Below the pieces are notes generated by a model that did not search any database, had not been told where the DNA came from, and worked only from the letters and a program-made list of their open reading frames with translations. Shown here piece by piece: positions 30,404-39,048 of a stretch of 64,000 nt of DNA. The DNA comes from Candidatus Shapirobacteria bacterium (GTDB lineage Bacteria > Patescibacteriota > Microgenomatia > UBA12405): NCBI GenBank assembly GCA_016188545.1, contig JACPHO010000002.1, positions 64,013 to 128,012 of the forward strand. The letters run 5' to 3'. The position numbers were made by a program, and so were the translations under genes. Position 1 is the stretch's first letter. Every line of letters begins with the position of its first letter.

Positions 30404-31756
30404 TTAAAAGGTCGACTTGATTTGGTTGATAAGTGTCCGCAATTGTGGATTAGTTGATAAGTCGGCGGCAACCTTGTCTCGGGCGTGCATGATACTGGTG
30501 TGATCCCGACCACCTAAAAGATGACCAACTTCTTTTAGAGGTAGGTTGATTTCATTGAGAAGGAGGTAGGCGGTAAGATGGCGGGCGGTGACTAAGTCTT
30601 TACGTCGACTGTTACCGCACAGTTCACTAGTTTTTAGATTAAAGTGTTTAGCACAAACGGAAATTATATGGCGAGGAGTGACTTTTTGAGAAAAGGTTGA
30701 GGCTGATGGAGAATCCGGGCTGAGAAAACTTTCAACAGTCTCAATGGTAATTGTGTGGATATTCTGGGATAGAGCAATGGCAGCAAGCTGCTGGACTTTA
30801 CCTTCGATATCTCGAGTGTTTGATTGGAGGTTATCAGCTAGAAACTGAGTGGCATCTGAGGCAATGACTATCCCCTTTTCGTTCGCTTTTTGGGTGATAA
30901 TAGCTGACCTCATTTCATAATCTGGGGGTTGGATGTCAACTGTTAATCCACCCATAAAACGTGAAACTAGCCGATCTTCTAGATCTTTAATATCGGATGG
31001 TTTACGATCCGAAGTGAGAATAACTTGCTTGCCGGCCATGTGAAGGGCATTGAAAGTGTGGAAAAATTCTTCTTGGGTGTAATCTTTACCGGCTATAAAC
31101 TGGATATCATCGACCAGGATACAGTCGAGATGGCGATATCTTTCTTTGAATTGATTGATGGATTTTGATTTTAGAGCTGCAATAAGCTCATTTCCAAAAG
31201 TTTCGGCGGGAAAGTATTTTATTTTGAGCGAAGAATTATTCTTGAGTAATTCATGTCCGATAGCTTGCATTAAGTGGGTTTTTCCAACCCCTACCCCACC
31301 CCAAATAAAGAAGGGATTGTAGGAAAGTCCGGGATTTTTGACGATTCCTTGGGCGGCGGCATAAGCGAAGTTATTACTGTTACCAACAATTAGATTTTCA
31401 AATGTGTATTTGGGGTGTAAGTTGGAACGGATAGAGTTGCTGTTTTGGATGGATGGTGGATTGTAAGTAAATAATGGGCCAGCTGGAGTGGCGACTGACT
31501 CGGCTTTAATAGGTTCTTGAACGATGAATTCAAGACTGTTGCTATTCTTGGTTTGGTTATCGAGAGCACTTTTAAAGAAAGAGTAGTACCTTTTTTGATT
31601 TATATCTGCGAGGTAGGCATTGGAACAGGCAATAGTAGCGACATTATTAGAGATGGCAATTAACTGAGTTTTTATTATAAAGGTCTGGTAAATTGAAGGC
31701 GCCAAAATTACATGAAGTTCCTCCTGAGTATTTTTCCAAAGTTGATCTAAGTCCAT
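30404..31756 (-). CDS. dnaA: Chromosomal replication initiator
   Basis: YNP, GGVGVGKTHL, DDIQF, QEEFFHTFN, GGRDHTS; start set at MDLDQLW. Confidence 0.98.
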   Translation of the reverse strand: MDLDQLWKNTQEELHVILAPSIYQTFIIKTQLIAISNNVATIACSNAYLADINQKRYYSFFKSALDNQTKNSNSLEFIVQEPIKAESVATPAGPLFTYNPPSIQNSNSIRSNLHPKYTFENLIVGNSNNFAYAAAQGIVKNPGLSYNPFFIWGGVGVGKTHLMQAIGHELLKNNSSLKIKYFPAETFGNELIAALKSKSINQFKERYRHLDCILVDDIQFIAGKDYTQEEFFHTFNALHMAGKQVILTSDRKPSDIKDLEDRLVSRFMGGLTVDIQPPDYEMRSAIITQKANEKGIVIASDATQFLADNLQSNTRDIEGKVQQLAAIALSQNIHTITIETVESFLSPDSPSASTFSQKVTPRHIISVCAKHFNLKTSELCGNSRRKDLVTARHLTAYLLLNEINLPLKEVGHLLGGRDHTSIMHARDKVAADLSTNPQLRTLINQIKSTF

Positions 31757-31852
31757 GGGAGAAACTTCTAAAGTAAAAAGTAAGAAATAAAAAGTAAAAA
31801 CATAGTATAGATACGTTAAATTTAAACAACGATACTGGGGCAAAGTTTCGAG

Positions 31853-31884
31853 TTATCCACATCATAATAAATTAGTTTTCCACA
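31853..31884. promoter_or_regulatory. Two DnaA boxes upstream of dnaA
   Basis: TTATCCACA 31853-31861 and TTTTCCACA 31876-31884. Confidence 0.8.
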
Positions 31885-31901
31885 TTTAACAAGATGTCAA
31901 A

Positions 31902-31968
31902 TCCCCTCTGTCTGCTGAATGGCGGACATCTCCCCTTGATACCCTAACGGGCACAGGTAAAGGGAGAA
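31902..31968. repeat. GC-rich double-hairpin REP-like element
   Basis: CCCCTC-TGTCTGC..GCGGACA-TCTCCCCTT...AAGGGAGA; single copy in window. Confidence 0.5.
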
Positions 31969-31981
31969 ACACAAACTTGTT

Positions 31982-32437
31982 TTATAGACCGGCGGAGTAT
32001 TTAGCAGCCAGGCGAATTCTTGCTTGACCACCAATATCTTTTGGGTTAAATTTGAGAATCTTAGCATCGCCTATACCATCATTGTTTAATTTTTCAGCTG
32101 GTGATTCAGCAATTCTTGGTCTTTCAAAATCTGCCGTTGAGGCTATTTTAATAAAAGCTTCTGGGTGGGTGTAAAGTCGATCATCAAATCCAGTGACGGT
32201 AAAAGTTACGTCTGGAGTGGCGATTAAAACTTGTGAGTCTCCACCAGGATCAAATATGTTTTTACTAATCATAATGGGTTTTCCGTCCGGGAGAGTTGCA
32301 AGCATTAATCCATTTTTTTCTAAGTTGCCAATACTTAAAATTTCTTTGGCAAATTCCGGTAATCCTTCTAGTGTATCTTCAACGTCAGTAATGGGGATGG
32401 TATTTTCGTTTAAGTAGTATCTAGTACCGTCTGGCAT
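31982..32437 (-). CDS. Hypothetical protein
   Basis: 151 aa ATG ORF between dnaA and rpmH. Confidence 0.65.
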   Translation of the reverse strand: MPDGTRYYLNENTIPITDVEDTLEGLPEFAKEILSIGNLEKNGLMLATLPDGKPIMISKNIFDPGGDSQVLIATPDVTFTVTGFDDRLYTHPEAFIKIASTADFERPRIAESPAEKLNNDGIGDAKILKFNPKDIGGQARIRLAAKYSAGL

Positions 32438-32536
32438 AAGAATTTATAAAATAATAAATGTTATAAAATTATATCATTGGAAACAGCAGAGATTTGTCTA
32501 TTGGGAATTGGAGATAAGTAAGGTAGAATACTAGTT

Positions 32537-32689
32537 ATGAAAGAGAAGGGAACATACCAACCAAAATCAAAAAAACGTCTACGAGTTCATGGGTTTCTAA
32601 AAAGAATGGCAACTCAGGATGGTAGGAATGTCATTAAAAGACGACGAGCGAAAGGTAGAACTAGACTGACTGTGTCTTCGGAAAAATAA
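32537..32689 (+). CDS. rpmH: 50S ribosomal protein L34
   Basis: Not in ORF track; [50 protein letters not shown]. Confidence 0.97.
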   Translation: MKEKGTYQPKSKKRLRVHGFLKRMATQDGRNVIKRRRAKGRTRLTVSSEK

Positions 32690-32692
32690 ATT

Positions 32693-32781
32693 GTCAACTT
32701 ACACTCACAACATTTTTTTCTCGCTAGTCAATGCTGGCGCGTTGAAGGCTTCGAAAAAAAACATTATCTCGCTTTGTTGAT
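32693..32781 (+). repeat. Structured dispersed element, copy 1
   Basis: TTTTTTCTCGCTAGTCAATG-var-GTTGAAGGCTTCGAAAAAAA shared with 42138 and 59329. Confidence 0.85.
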
Positions 32782-32807
32782 CATTACTTTTTCAAGTAGA
32801 ATAGGAT

Positions 32808-33146
32808 GTGTTGAAGAAAATTAATCGTGGTTTAACTAAAAAAGACTTTGCCAGTATTTTGGGTGGGGGTAAGACCATCCAGACCCCCCTATTTGGAGTT
32901 AGATATATAAAATCGGAAGAAACAAAATATGGTTGGATTGTGTCGAAAAAAATTTCAAAAAAGGCTGTTGATCGAAATAAAATAAAAAGAAGGTTGGCAG
33001 AGGTTATTGCTAAAAAGATACTGCAAAATGTTCACCTGGTGGTATTGGTGAAGAAAAGTATATTAGCTGCGAAGATAATTGAAATTAAACAGTGTTGGAA
33101 TGGAATTTATGAAAAAGTTAGTTCTAAAAATAATTTTTTGGTATAA
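32808..33146 (+). CDS. rnpA: RNase P protein component
   Basis: VSKKISKKAVDRNKIKRR; synteny. Confidence 0.93.
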   Translation: MLKKINRGLTKKDFASILGGGKTIQTPLFGVRYIKSEETKYGWIVSKKISKKAVDRNKIKRRLAEVIAKKILQNVHLVVLVKKSILAAKIIEIKQCWNGIYEKVSSKNNFLV

Positions 33147-33312
33147 AAAGTACCTTTCTGGGGGCTATTACTGCCGTTTTGCCCCGACTTGTAGTGAATA
33201 TACTTATGAGGCGGTGGAAAAGTATGGAGTTATAAAAGGGTTATGGCTCGGTACTAAACGAGTGGCAAAATGTCATCCTTTTGGGAAAAGTGGAATTGAT
33301 TTGGTACCATAG
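33109..33312 (+). CDS. yidD: Membrane protein insertion efficiency factor
   Basis: CRFAPTCSEY, CHPF. Confidence 0.95.
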   Translation: MKKLVLKIIFWYKKYLSGGYYCRFAPTCSEYTYEAVEKYGVIKGLWLGTKRVAKCHPFGKSGIDLVP

Positions 33313-33315
33313 TCC

Positions 33316-34479
33316 ATGGGTTTTGGTAATGAAATAATACAAAAAATGGACGGGGTGCCTCCATATTTAAAAGAAGTTTCAATGGTGTTTGACCGAAAAG
33401 TGACTGCTTTAAGAAGTGAGTTTTTCGTGAATTGCAAAGACGGAGATCCTGAAGAAGTAGTTGGATTGTTTAAAAAAGTGTATTGTGATCGTGTGAAAAG
33501 TGAAGATGGGATGCGAGAGTCGATCTTTATTAGAAAGCCGTTAAAATTGGTTGATTGGTCTGATTTAAAGAATGAATTGTCTGAGTCTGAAAGAAGTGAA
33601 TACATAGTTAATGATTTAATTGAATCAACGGGTGAAGAAATAGCAAAAGTGGCAAAACATGATAGGAGTAAGGGAGCGGTTGAAGCGGCGTTTTTACTTT
33701 TAAACGGGATGCCTATTAACGTCGTAACTGCTGAATTAAGGCGTCAAGAGGTTCCATTTAATACTGAAAAAGCCGATGATCCATTATTTGCGGTGCTTAA
33801 TGAGGCAGTAATGGTGAGAAAAAGTATGGGTGAATATGTAAACACTCAGGAAATTTTCAATTATAAAGGTTTAAAAATAAATATAAATAATGAAGTAGAT
33901 AGCATCGGGATTCCGTTGACGGTATTTAAGTATTCAAGTGACGAATCTGATAGGCTCAGATTATTTCTTAAGGCAAATTTAGGAATAAATAATAAAACTA
34001 TAAGTGCGGATGATGCGACAAAGACGTGTAAGTGGTTACTGGAAAATTATGAGAAGGTTTATCGAGCTCAGGTGATAGATGGGGAAACAATTGCCCAGAG
34101 AATGGGAGAATGGCAATTCGCGAGAGAATATTTAGCTGATGTAAAAGTAAAAGATGTTAAAGACCTAAAAAATCAACATCAACTACAGTCCCACAGAAGA
34201 TCAATCGGTAACATGGTGGCCTTAAGAGGTGTGGAGCTATATTCTGAGGGTGACTATTATGAGGCATATACACAAATTGCTTTTGCTTTGTTTATTGGAA
34301 TACCGACAGATAAAATTATTGAGTTGTTAGATACTTATAAAAATGTTAGTTATGATTTGAGTGGAAAATCGAAAGAGTTTTTGTCGAAAATGTTGGTGAA
34401 TGCTAAAAAAGTTGAAGATAAAGTCAGACAGGAATTTGCAGAATTAATGCCGGAGCAAGTAGTCGAATTAATAGTTTGA
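33316..34479 (+). CDS. Hypothetical protein
   Basis: 387 aa ORF with no recognised motif. Confidence 0.75.
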   Translation: MGFGNEIIQKMDGVPPYLKEVSMVFDRKVTALRSEFFVNCKDGDPEEVVGLFKKVYCDRVKSEDGMRESIFIRKPLKLVDWSDLKNELSESERSEYIVNDLIESTGEEIAKVAKHDRSKGAVEAAFLLLNGMPINVVTAELRRQEVPFNTEKADDPLFAVLNEAVMVRKSMGEYVNTQEIFNYKGLKININNEVDSIGIPLTVFKYSSDESDRLRLFLKANLGINNKTISADDATKTCKWLLENYEKVYRAQVIDGETIAQRMGEWQFAREYLADVKVKDVKDLKNQHQLQSHRRSIGNMVALRGVELYSEGDYYEAYTQIAFALFIGIPTDKIIELLDTYKNVSYDLSGKSKEFLSKMLVNAKKVEDKVRQEFAELMPEQVVELIV

Positions 34480-34517
34480 TTTAGATATTGGACAGTTTCT
34501 TGCTAGAATAGAGGATT

Positions 34518-35348
34518 ATGAACATACTCGTCTCCCCTTTTGTTAATGCATTGTTTGGGTTTTATTATTTGCTGGGTAATTTGGGTTGGTCGGTAATAGT
34601 AGTGACTGTATTGATTAGGGTTTTGTTGATTCCATTAGTACTTCCAAGCTTAAAGTCGGCTAAGAAAATGGCAGTATTGCAACCGAGACTAAAGAAGTTA
34701 CAAGAAAAATATGCGGGGAATAAAGAAGGTTTGGCTAAAGCACAGATGGATTTGTACAAAGAAGAGGGAATAAACCCACTATCCGGGTGTTTGCCGCAAA
34801 TTTTGCAAATTGCTGTATTGATAATGTTCTTCTCGGCTTTCAACTTGGTGACTAACTACACAATCGGAAAAAGTGACGTAAACAGTATGAATAAGGAATT
34901 GGTTTCTAGCTTTAAAATCAGTGAAGGTTTCAAATTTGAAACTATGTTTTTGGGAAGTAATTTATCCCAAACTCCTGCGGATATTTATAAAACAGGTTTG
35001 GGGATGGAGTTCATCTTACCTTTAATCCTGCTATTAGGGTCGGGAGTGTTGCAGTACTTTAGTTCTAAGTTGATGATGCCGTCCTCCGCTGCTTCGCAGC
35101 TTCGGACTGGCAAGCCTGTTGGCAAAATTGACCAGTCGGCATATGTTAAAGCTACTCCAGAAAAGAGTGATGACATGATGGAGATGATGAGAATGCAATC
35201 GACTTATATGATGCCCCTAATGACTATTTTTATTGGTTGGAACTTTTCACTAGGAATGCTTCTCTACTGGTTTGTGAATAGTGGGGTGATGTTGGTGCAA
35301 CAGTTGGTGGTGGGGAAGATGGATAAAGATAAAAAGACTAAACTCTAA
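34518..35348 (+). CDS. yidC: Membrane protein insertase (short form)
   Basis: LQPRLKKLQEKY, INPLSGCLP, LYW. Confidence 0.95.
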   Translation: MNILVSPFVNALFGFYYLLGNLGWSVIVVTVLIRVLLIPLVLPSLKSAKKMAVLQPRLKKLQEKYAGNKEGLAKAQMDLYKEEGINPLSGCLPQILQIAVLIMFFSAFNLVTNYTIGKSDVNSMNKELVSSFKISEGFKFETMFLGSNLSQTPADIYKTGLGMEFILPLILLLGSGVLQYFSSKLMMPSSAASQLRTGKPVGKIDQSAYVKATPEKSDDMMEMMRMQSTYMMPLMTIFIGWNFSLGMLLYWFVNSGVMLVQQLVVGKMDKDKKTKL

Positions 35349-35445
35349 ATACTAAAGTGAAAATTCAAAAGTAAAAAGTAAAAGCAAGGCGGTGGGCATG
35401 GCCCAGCCTACGATAAAGCTACGGTGGGCATGGTAGAATAGGCGC

Positions 35446-35916
35446 ATGGAAAATAAAGAACGTAATCAAACAATCCTTCAAATCACATGTGAAATGTTGG
35501 AAAAAATGAACTTCGAAGTTGACGATGCTTTCGTCGAAGACGTGGCTGAAGAAGAAAATCAAGTTTTGGTAAGCGTAACTGTGGCTAACCCAGCTGGGTT
35601 GATTGGATTTCGAGGTCGCAATTTGGCGGCTATCCAACTGGTTCTTTCCTTGGTTGTTAAAAACAAACTCGGTGAATGGGTAAGAGTACTCCTTGATATC
35701 AACAACTATCGTCAAGAACAGAAAGAAAGACTAACAAATATGGCGTTGAATTTGGCTGAAAAAGTCAAAGCAACTGGAAATGAAGTGGTAATGGCCAACA
35801 TGAGTTCTTACGAGAGAAGGTTGTGCCATATGGCTCTCGTTGAAATCGAAGGAATTACTTCGGATTCTGAGGGAGAAGGTGAAGATCGACATATTGTCAT
35901 TAAGCCAATAGCTTAA
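35446..35916 (+). CDS. jag: Jag/EloR-like KH-R3H RNA-binding protein
   Basis: LIGFRGRNL, ERRLCH, SEGEGEDR; follows yidC. Confidence 0.9.
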   Translation: MENKERNQTILQITCEMLEKMNFEVDDAFVEDVAEEENQVLVSVTVANPAGLIGFRGRNLAAIQLVLSLVVKNKLGEWVRVLLDINNYRQEQKERLTNMALNLAEKVKATGNEVVMANMSSYERRLCHMALVEIEGITSDSEGEGEDRHIVIKPIA

Positions 35917-35979
35917 TGACAAATTCTAAAGTCAAAACCCAAAAATTAAAACACAAAAAAGAGTGTGGTATATTGGGGC

Positions 35980-37221
35980 GTGAAGGCTTTTTGGGAAAAA
36001 ATAGATGAAATGCTGTTGATTTTGCTACTTCTTCTGGTACCAACACAGCTTGGAAAACATTTCTGGCCGGAATGGAGTATGGTAATGGGGGTGAGAGTTG
36101 ACTATTTGTCCCCTACTTTATACCTAATTGATTTGGTGTGGCTGGCTTGGGTGATGGTGAAGGGAATGTTTTTGATCTCTAAAAAAAGAAAAATAGAGTT
36201 TAAAACAGTGGTAAATTTTCAAAACATTATTGCCACCCTACTGGTGGTATTGAATATTGCAATTGCTGGAAACAGATGGGTGGCGGTTTATAGGTGGTTA
36301 AGGGTGTTCCAGTGGGTAGTAACTTTTGGGTTGATTAGAGGAGATAAGTTGCTGGTGGTGAAACAGTTATTGTGGATTGTGCCGGTGTGGGTATTGGCAG
36401 AGACTATTTTGGGGGTAAGTCAGGTGGTTAAGGGTGGAAGTATTGAGGGGTGGTGGTACTGGTTTGGTGAGCGAAGATTTGGTTATAGTGGAATTGGAGT
36501 AGCTCAAATATCGTGGTTGGGTCAGGGAGTAGTAAGAGCATATGGAACTTTTTCTCACCCAAATAGTATGGCAGGGTTCTTTCTTTTGGTTTTGGCTTGG
36601 TGGAATGGGCAGAAAAAAGTGGAAAAAATAACTTGGTGGTGGGTGTTTTGGATGTTGATTGTGGGGATCATTGTTTGTGGTAGTCGGGTGGTATGGCTTA
36701 TGGCTGGAGCGATGGTAGTGTGGAGGTTTTGGATAGCCAGTGGGATGAAATTTGGTAAAAAAATACTCGGATATGGGGCGATATTGTTGGGACTAGTGTT
36801 AATTGTGATGGGGGTGGTGGGGATGAACTATCGACTGAGTGACTTTGTAGGTGGCTGGGATAGTGATAGCTCAATGAAGCGGATGACACTGAATTGGTCG
36901 GCTATGAAGATGTGGAAGGATAATTTTATTTTGGGGGTGGGGCTGGGGAACTTCACCAGTCGACTACCTTACTTTGTCCAAGGATTATCATTTTACTGGT
37001 GGCAACCAGTACATAATATTTTCTTACTATTGGCTTCAGAAACTGGAATATTGGGGGTAATGGGGATGGTGTGGGTGGTGGCTTCTTGGTGGCGAAATAG
37101 ATTGTGGAAAGAGTGGAAAATACTTTTGATATGTCTTATCTTTACTGGGATGTTGGATCACTATTGGGTTACTCTACCCCAGAATAATTGGTTGCTGGCG
37201 GTGATACTGGCGGTGTTGTAG
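35980..37221 (+). CDS. O-antigen ligase-like (Wzy_C) membrane protein
   Basis: RAYGTFSHPN, GVGLGNF, PVHNIFLL, DHY. Confidence 0.9.
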   Translation: MKAFWEKIDEMLLILLLLLVPTQLGKHFWPEWSMVMGVRVDYLSPTLYLIDLVWLAWVMVKGMFLISKKRKIEFKTVVNFQNIIATLLVVLNIAIAGNRWVAVYRWLRVFQWVVTFGLIRGDKLLVVKQLLWIVPVWVLAETILGVSQVVKGGSIEGWWYWFGERRFGYSGIGVAQISWLGQGVVRAYGTFSHPNSMAGFFLLVLAWWNGQKKVEKITWWWVFWMLIVGIIVCGSRVVWLMAGAMVVWRFWIASGMKFGKKILGYGAILLGLVLIVMGVVGMNYRLSDFVGGWDSDSSMKRMTLNWSAMKMWKDNFILGVGLGNFTSRLPYFVQGLSFYWWQPVHNIFLLLASETGILGVMGMVWVVASWWRNRLWKEWKILLICLIFTGMLDHYWVTLPQNNWLLAVILAVL

Positions 37222-37440
37222 TTGAATTAGACCGATAATCGGCTAGCTTATTTAATCTCAAGCGCACGTACCGCCGTTATCTGAATTCTCGAAGATCTCC
37301 AAAGGGTAAAACAGATCTTCTGCGAAATCTCTACTCCGGAAACATGTTTGACTTTGAATTGACTTGATCGCTAAAGGTTATTTTGTTTAAGGTTTTGTTT
37401 GTAAACGATGAAAATTAATTAGTAGAAGGTAGAATACACT

Positions 37441-38652
37441 ATGTTGAGGAAATCACTGGAAAATACGGCGGTGCAAATTATAGGGAAGGCGGTGATGGTA
37501 ATAATCAGCCTGGTGACAACTGGAATACTGACTAGAAAGCTGGGTGCAACTGGTTACGGAGGTTTTGTATTAATTTCATCGTTGTTTGTATTTTTGGACT
37601 CATTGGCCGATTTTGGAACAAAGACGATAGGAGTTAGAGAAGTGTCTAGGAGTCCGGAAAAAGACTTGATGGGACACATTTTTAACCTGAGGATGACAAT
37701 GACTACGATTTCCTTCATTTTGGGGTTGTTGGTGGTGTGGGGTTGGGATGGACTTGCCCATTTTAGGTGGGAAGCGACAGTGGCACTAATGATGATTTTT
37801 CTAACATCCGTAGGTGGATTTATGGAAATAATCTTTCAAAGTAGATTGAGAATGGAACTGAAGGTGCTGATGGATATCACCTTTCCCCTCACCTTTCTAA
37901 TTGGATTATGGAAATGGAGTGGTGAAATTACTCTGCTGTGGGTGATGACGGCTTATGTAGTCGCTCGTGCGGTAAGCTTAATGGTCGGGTGGTGGTTGGT
38001 ATCAGGAATAGAAAAAGTTGAGTTTAGGAAGTTGAATTGGACCAAGGTTAAAACAATTTGGGATTCATCATGGCCAATGGGACTTTTTTTGATTATTTTT
38101 GCGACCTATGACAAGGCAGTTGATTCACTACTTATCCAACATTTTTTGGGACCACTGGAGGTGGCTTATTATGGACTGGCTTACAAAATTCATGGAGTAA
38201 TGTTGCAACCGGCTTATTACTTTGTGAACAGTATTTTTCCGATACTATCGAATCGGGAAAGTAAAACACCTGGACTAATGAGAACATCATTGGTAATACT
38301 CCTCGTCATGGTAGCTGGGGCAATGATGGTGGTGTGGATGTTGGCGCCGTGGATGATATATGTGTTGGGTGGAGCTGAATTTGCTCCATCTGTGGGGATA
38401 TTGAGAACACTGATGTGGGCAATGTTGTTTTCGTACGTGGGACATCTAGTTGGATTTGCGCTGATCGCTGACGGTGGGCAGAAGGAAATGTTGAAACTGG
38501 GAATAGTGGCCTTGGTGGTGAACCTGAGTTTGAATATGCTACTAATCCCCCGCTTTGGGGTTTTGGCGGCAGCATGGGTAACTGTTTTTACAGAGATGGT
38601 TGATATGGGGATGATGATTTGGTTTTGGAAGAATAGAAATAGAGCGCAGTAA
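37441..38652 (+). CDS. Polysaccharide flippase (Wzx-like)
   Basis: TRKLG..GYG, ADFG...REVS, LLIPRFG; about 12 TMs. Confidence 0.88.
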   Translation: MLRKSLENTAVQIIGKAVMVIISLVTTGILTRKLGATGYGGFVLISSLFVFLDSLADFGTKTIGVREVSRSPEKDLMGHIFNLRMTMTTISFILGLLVVWGWDGLAHFRWEATVALMMIFLTSVGGFMEIIFQSRLRMELKVLMDITFPLTFLIGLWKWSGEITLLWVMTAYVVARAVSLMVGWWLVSGIEKVEFRKLNWTKVKTIWDSSWPMGLFLIIFATYDKAVDSLLIQHFLGPLEVAYYGLAYKIHGVMLQPAYYFVNSIFPILSNRESKTPGLMRTSLVILLVMVAGAMMVVWMLAPWMIYVLGGAEFAPSVGILRTLMWAMLFSYVGHLVGFALIADGGQKEMLKLGIVALVVNLSLNMLLIPRFGVLAAAWVTVFTEMVDMGMMIWFWKNRNRAQ

Positions 38653-39048
38653 CAAGTAACTAGAAATTAGTAACCAGTAACAAGAATAAAACAGTGAATT
38701 TGGATTAGGATGCTTCGGAAAGAGTTTTTTTGTGAGGTTTTTTGATATATAAATCGCTTGGGAGTTGGGACATTTTTTTCTTATTAAAAACGTGGAAAAA
38801 TGGCTGTTCGGACAATTTTTGCAGGCATAAACAAAGCCGTATATCCCCTTATTGGGTACTGACAATTTATAAAGTTAACAGTGCACGTCATTACGTTTTT
38901 TCACGTTTCAAACCCCAATTCTAACATCTTGATACAGTCTATTGACCAATAACCGCATAATAACCGATTATTAACCGCCATCCTTCGCTTGCTCAGCTAC
39001 GGACTGGTAAATACTATTAAGTTTGAGTTAGTTAAATTAGAATTAGGA

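Noticed and set aside
31757-31843. Hydrophobic N-terminal extension of DnaA
   Set aside because: Translation of an intergenic AAAAAGT repeat from a TTG; the domain starts at MDLDQLW
32693-32781. Integron attC site
   Set aside because: Only copy 1 has loose AAC/GTT ends; the others lack them, one follows core rpmH, and no integrase is seen
38542-38865. Small Cys-containing minus-strand ORF
   Set aside because: Non-ATG start, overlaps wzx and runs through a heptamer tract; no recognisable family
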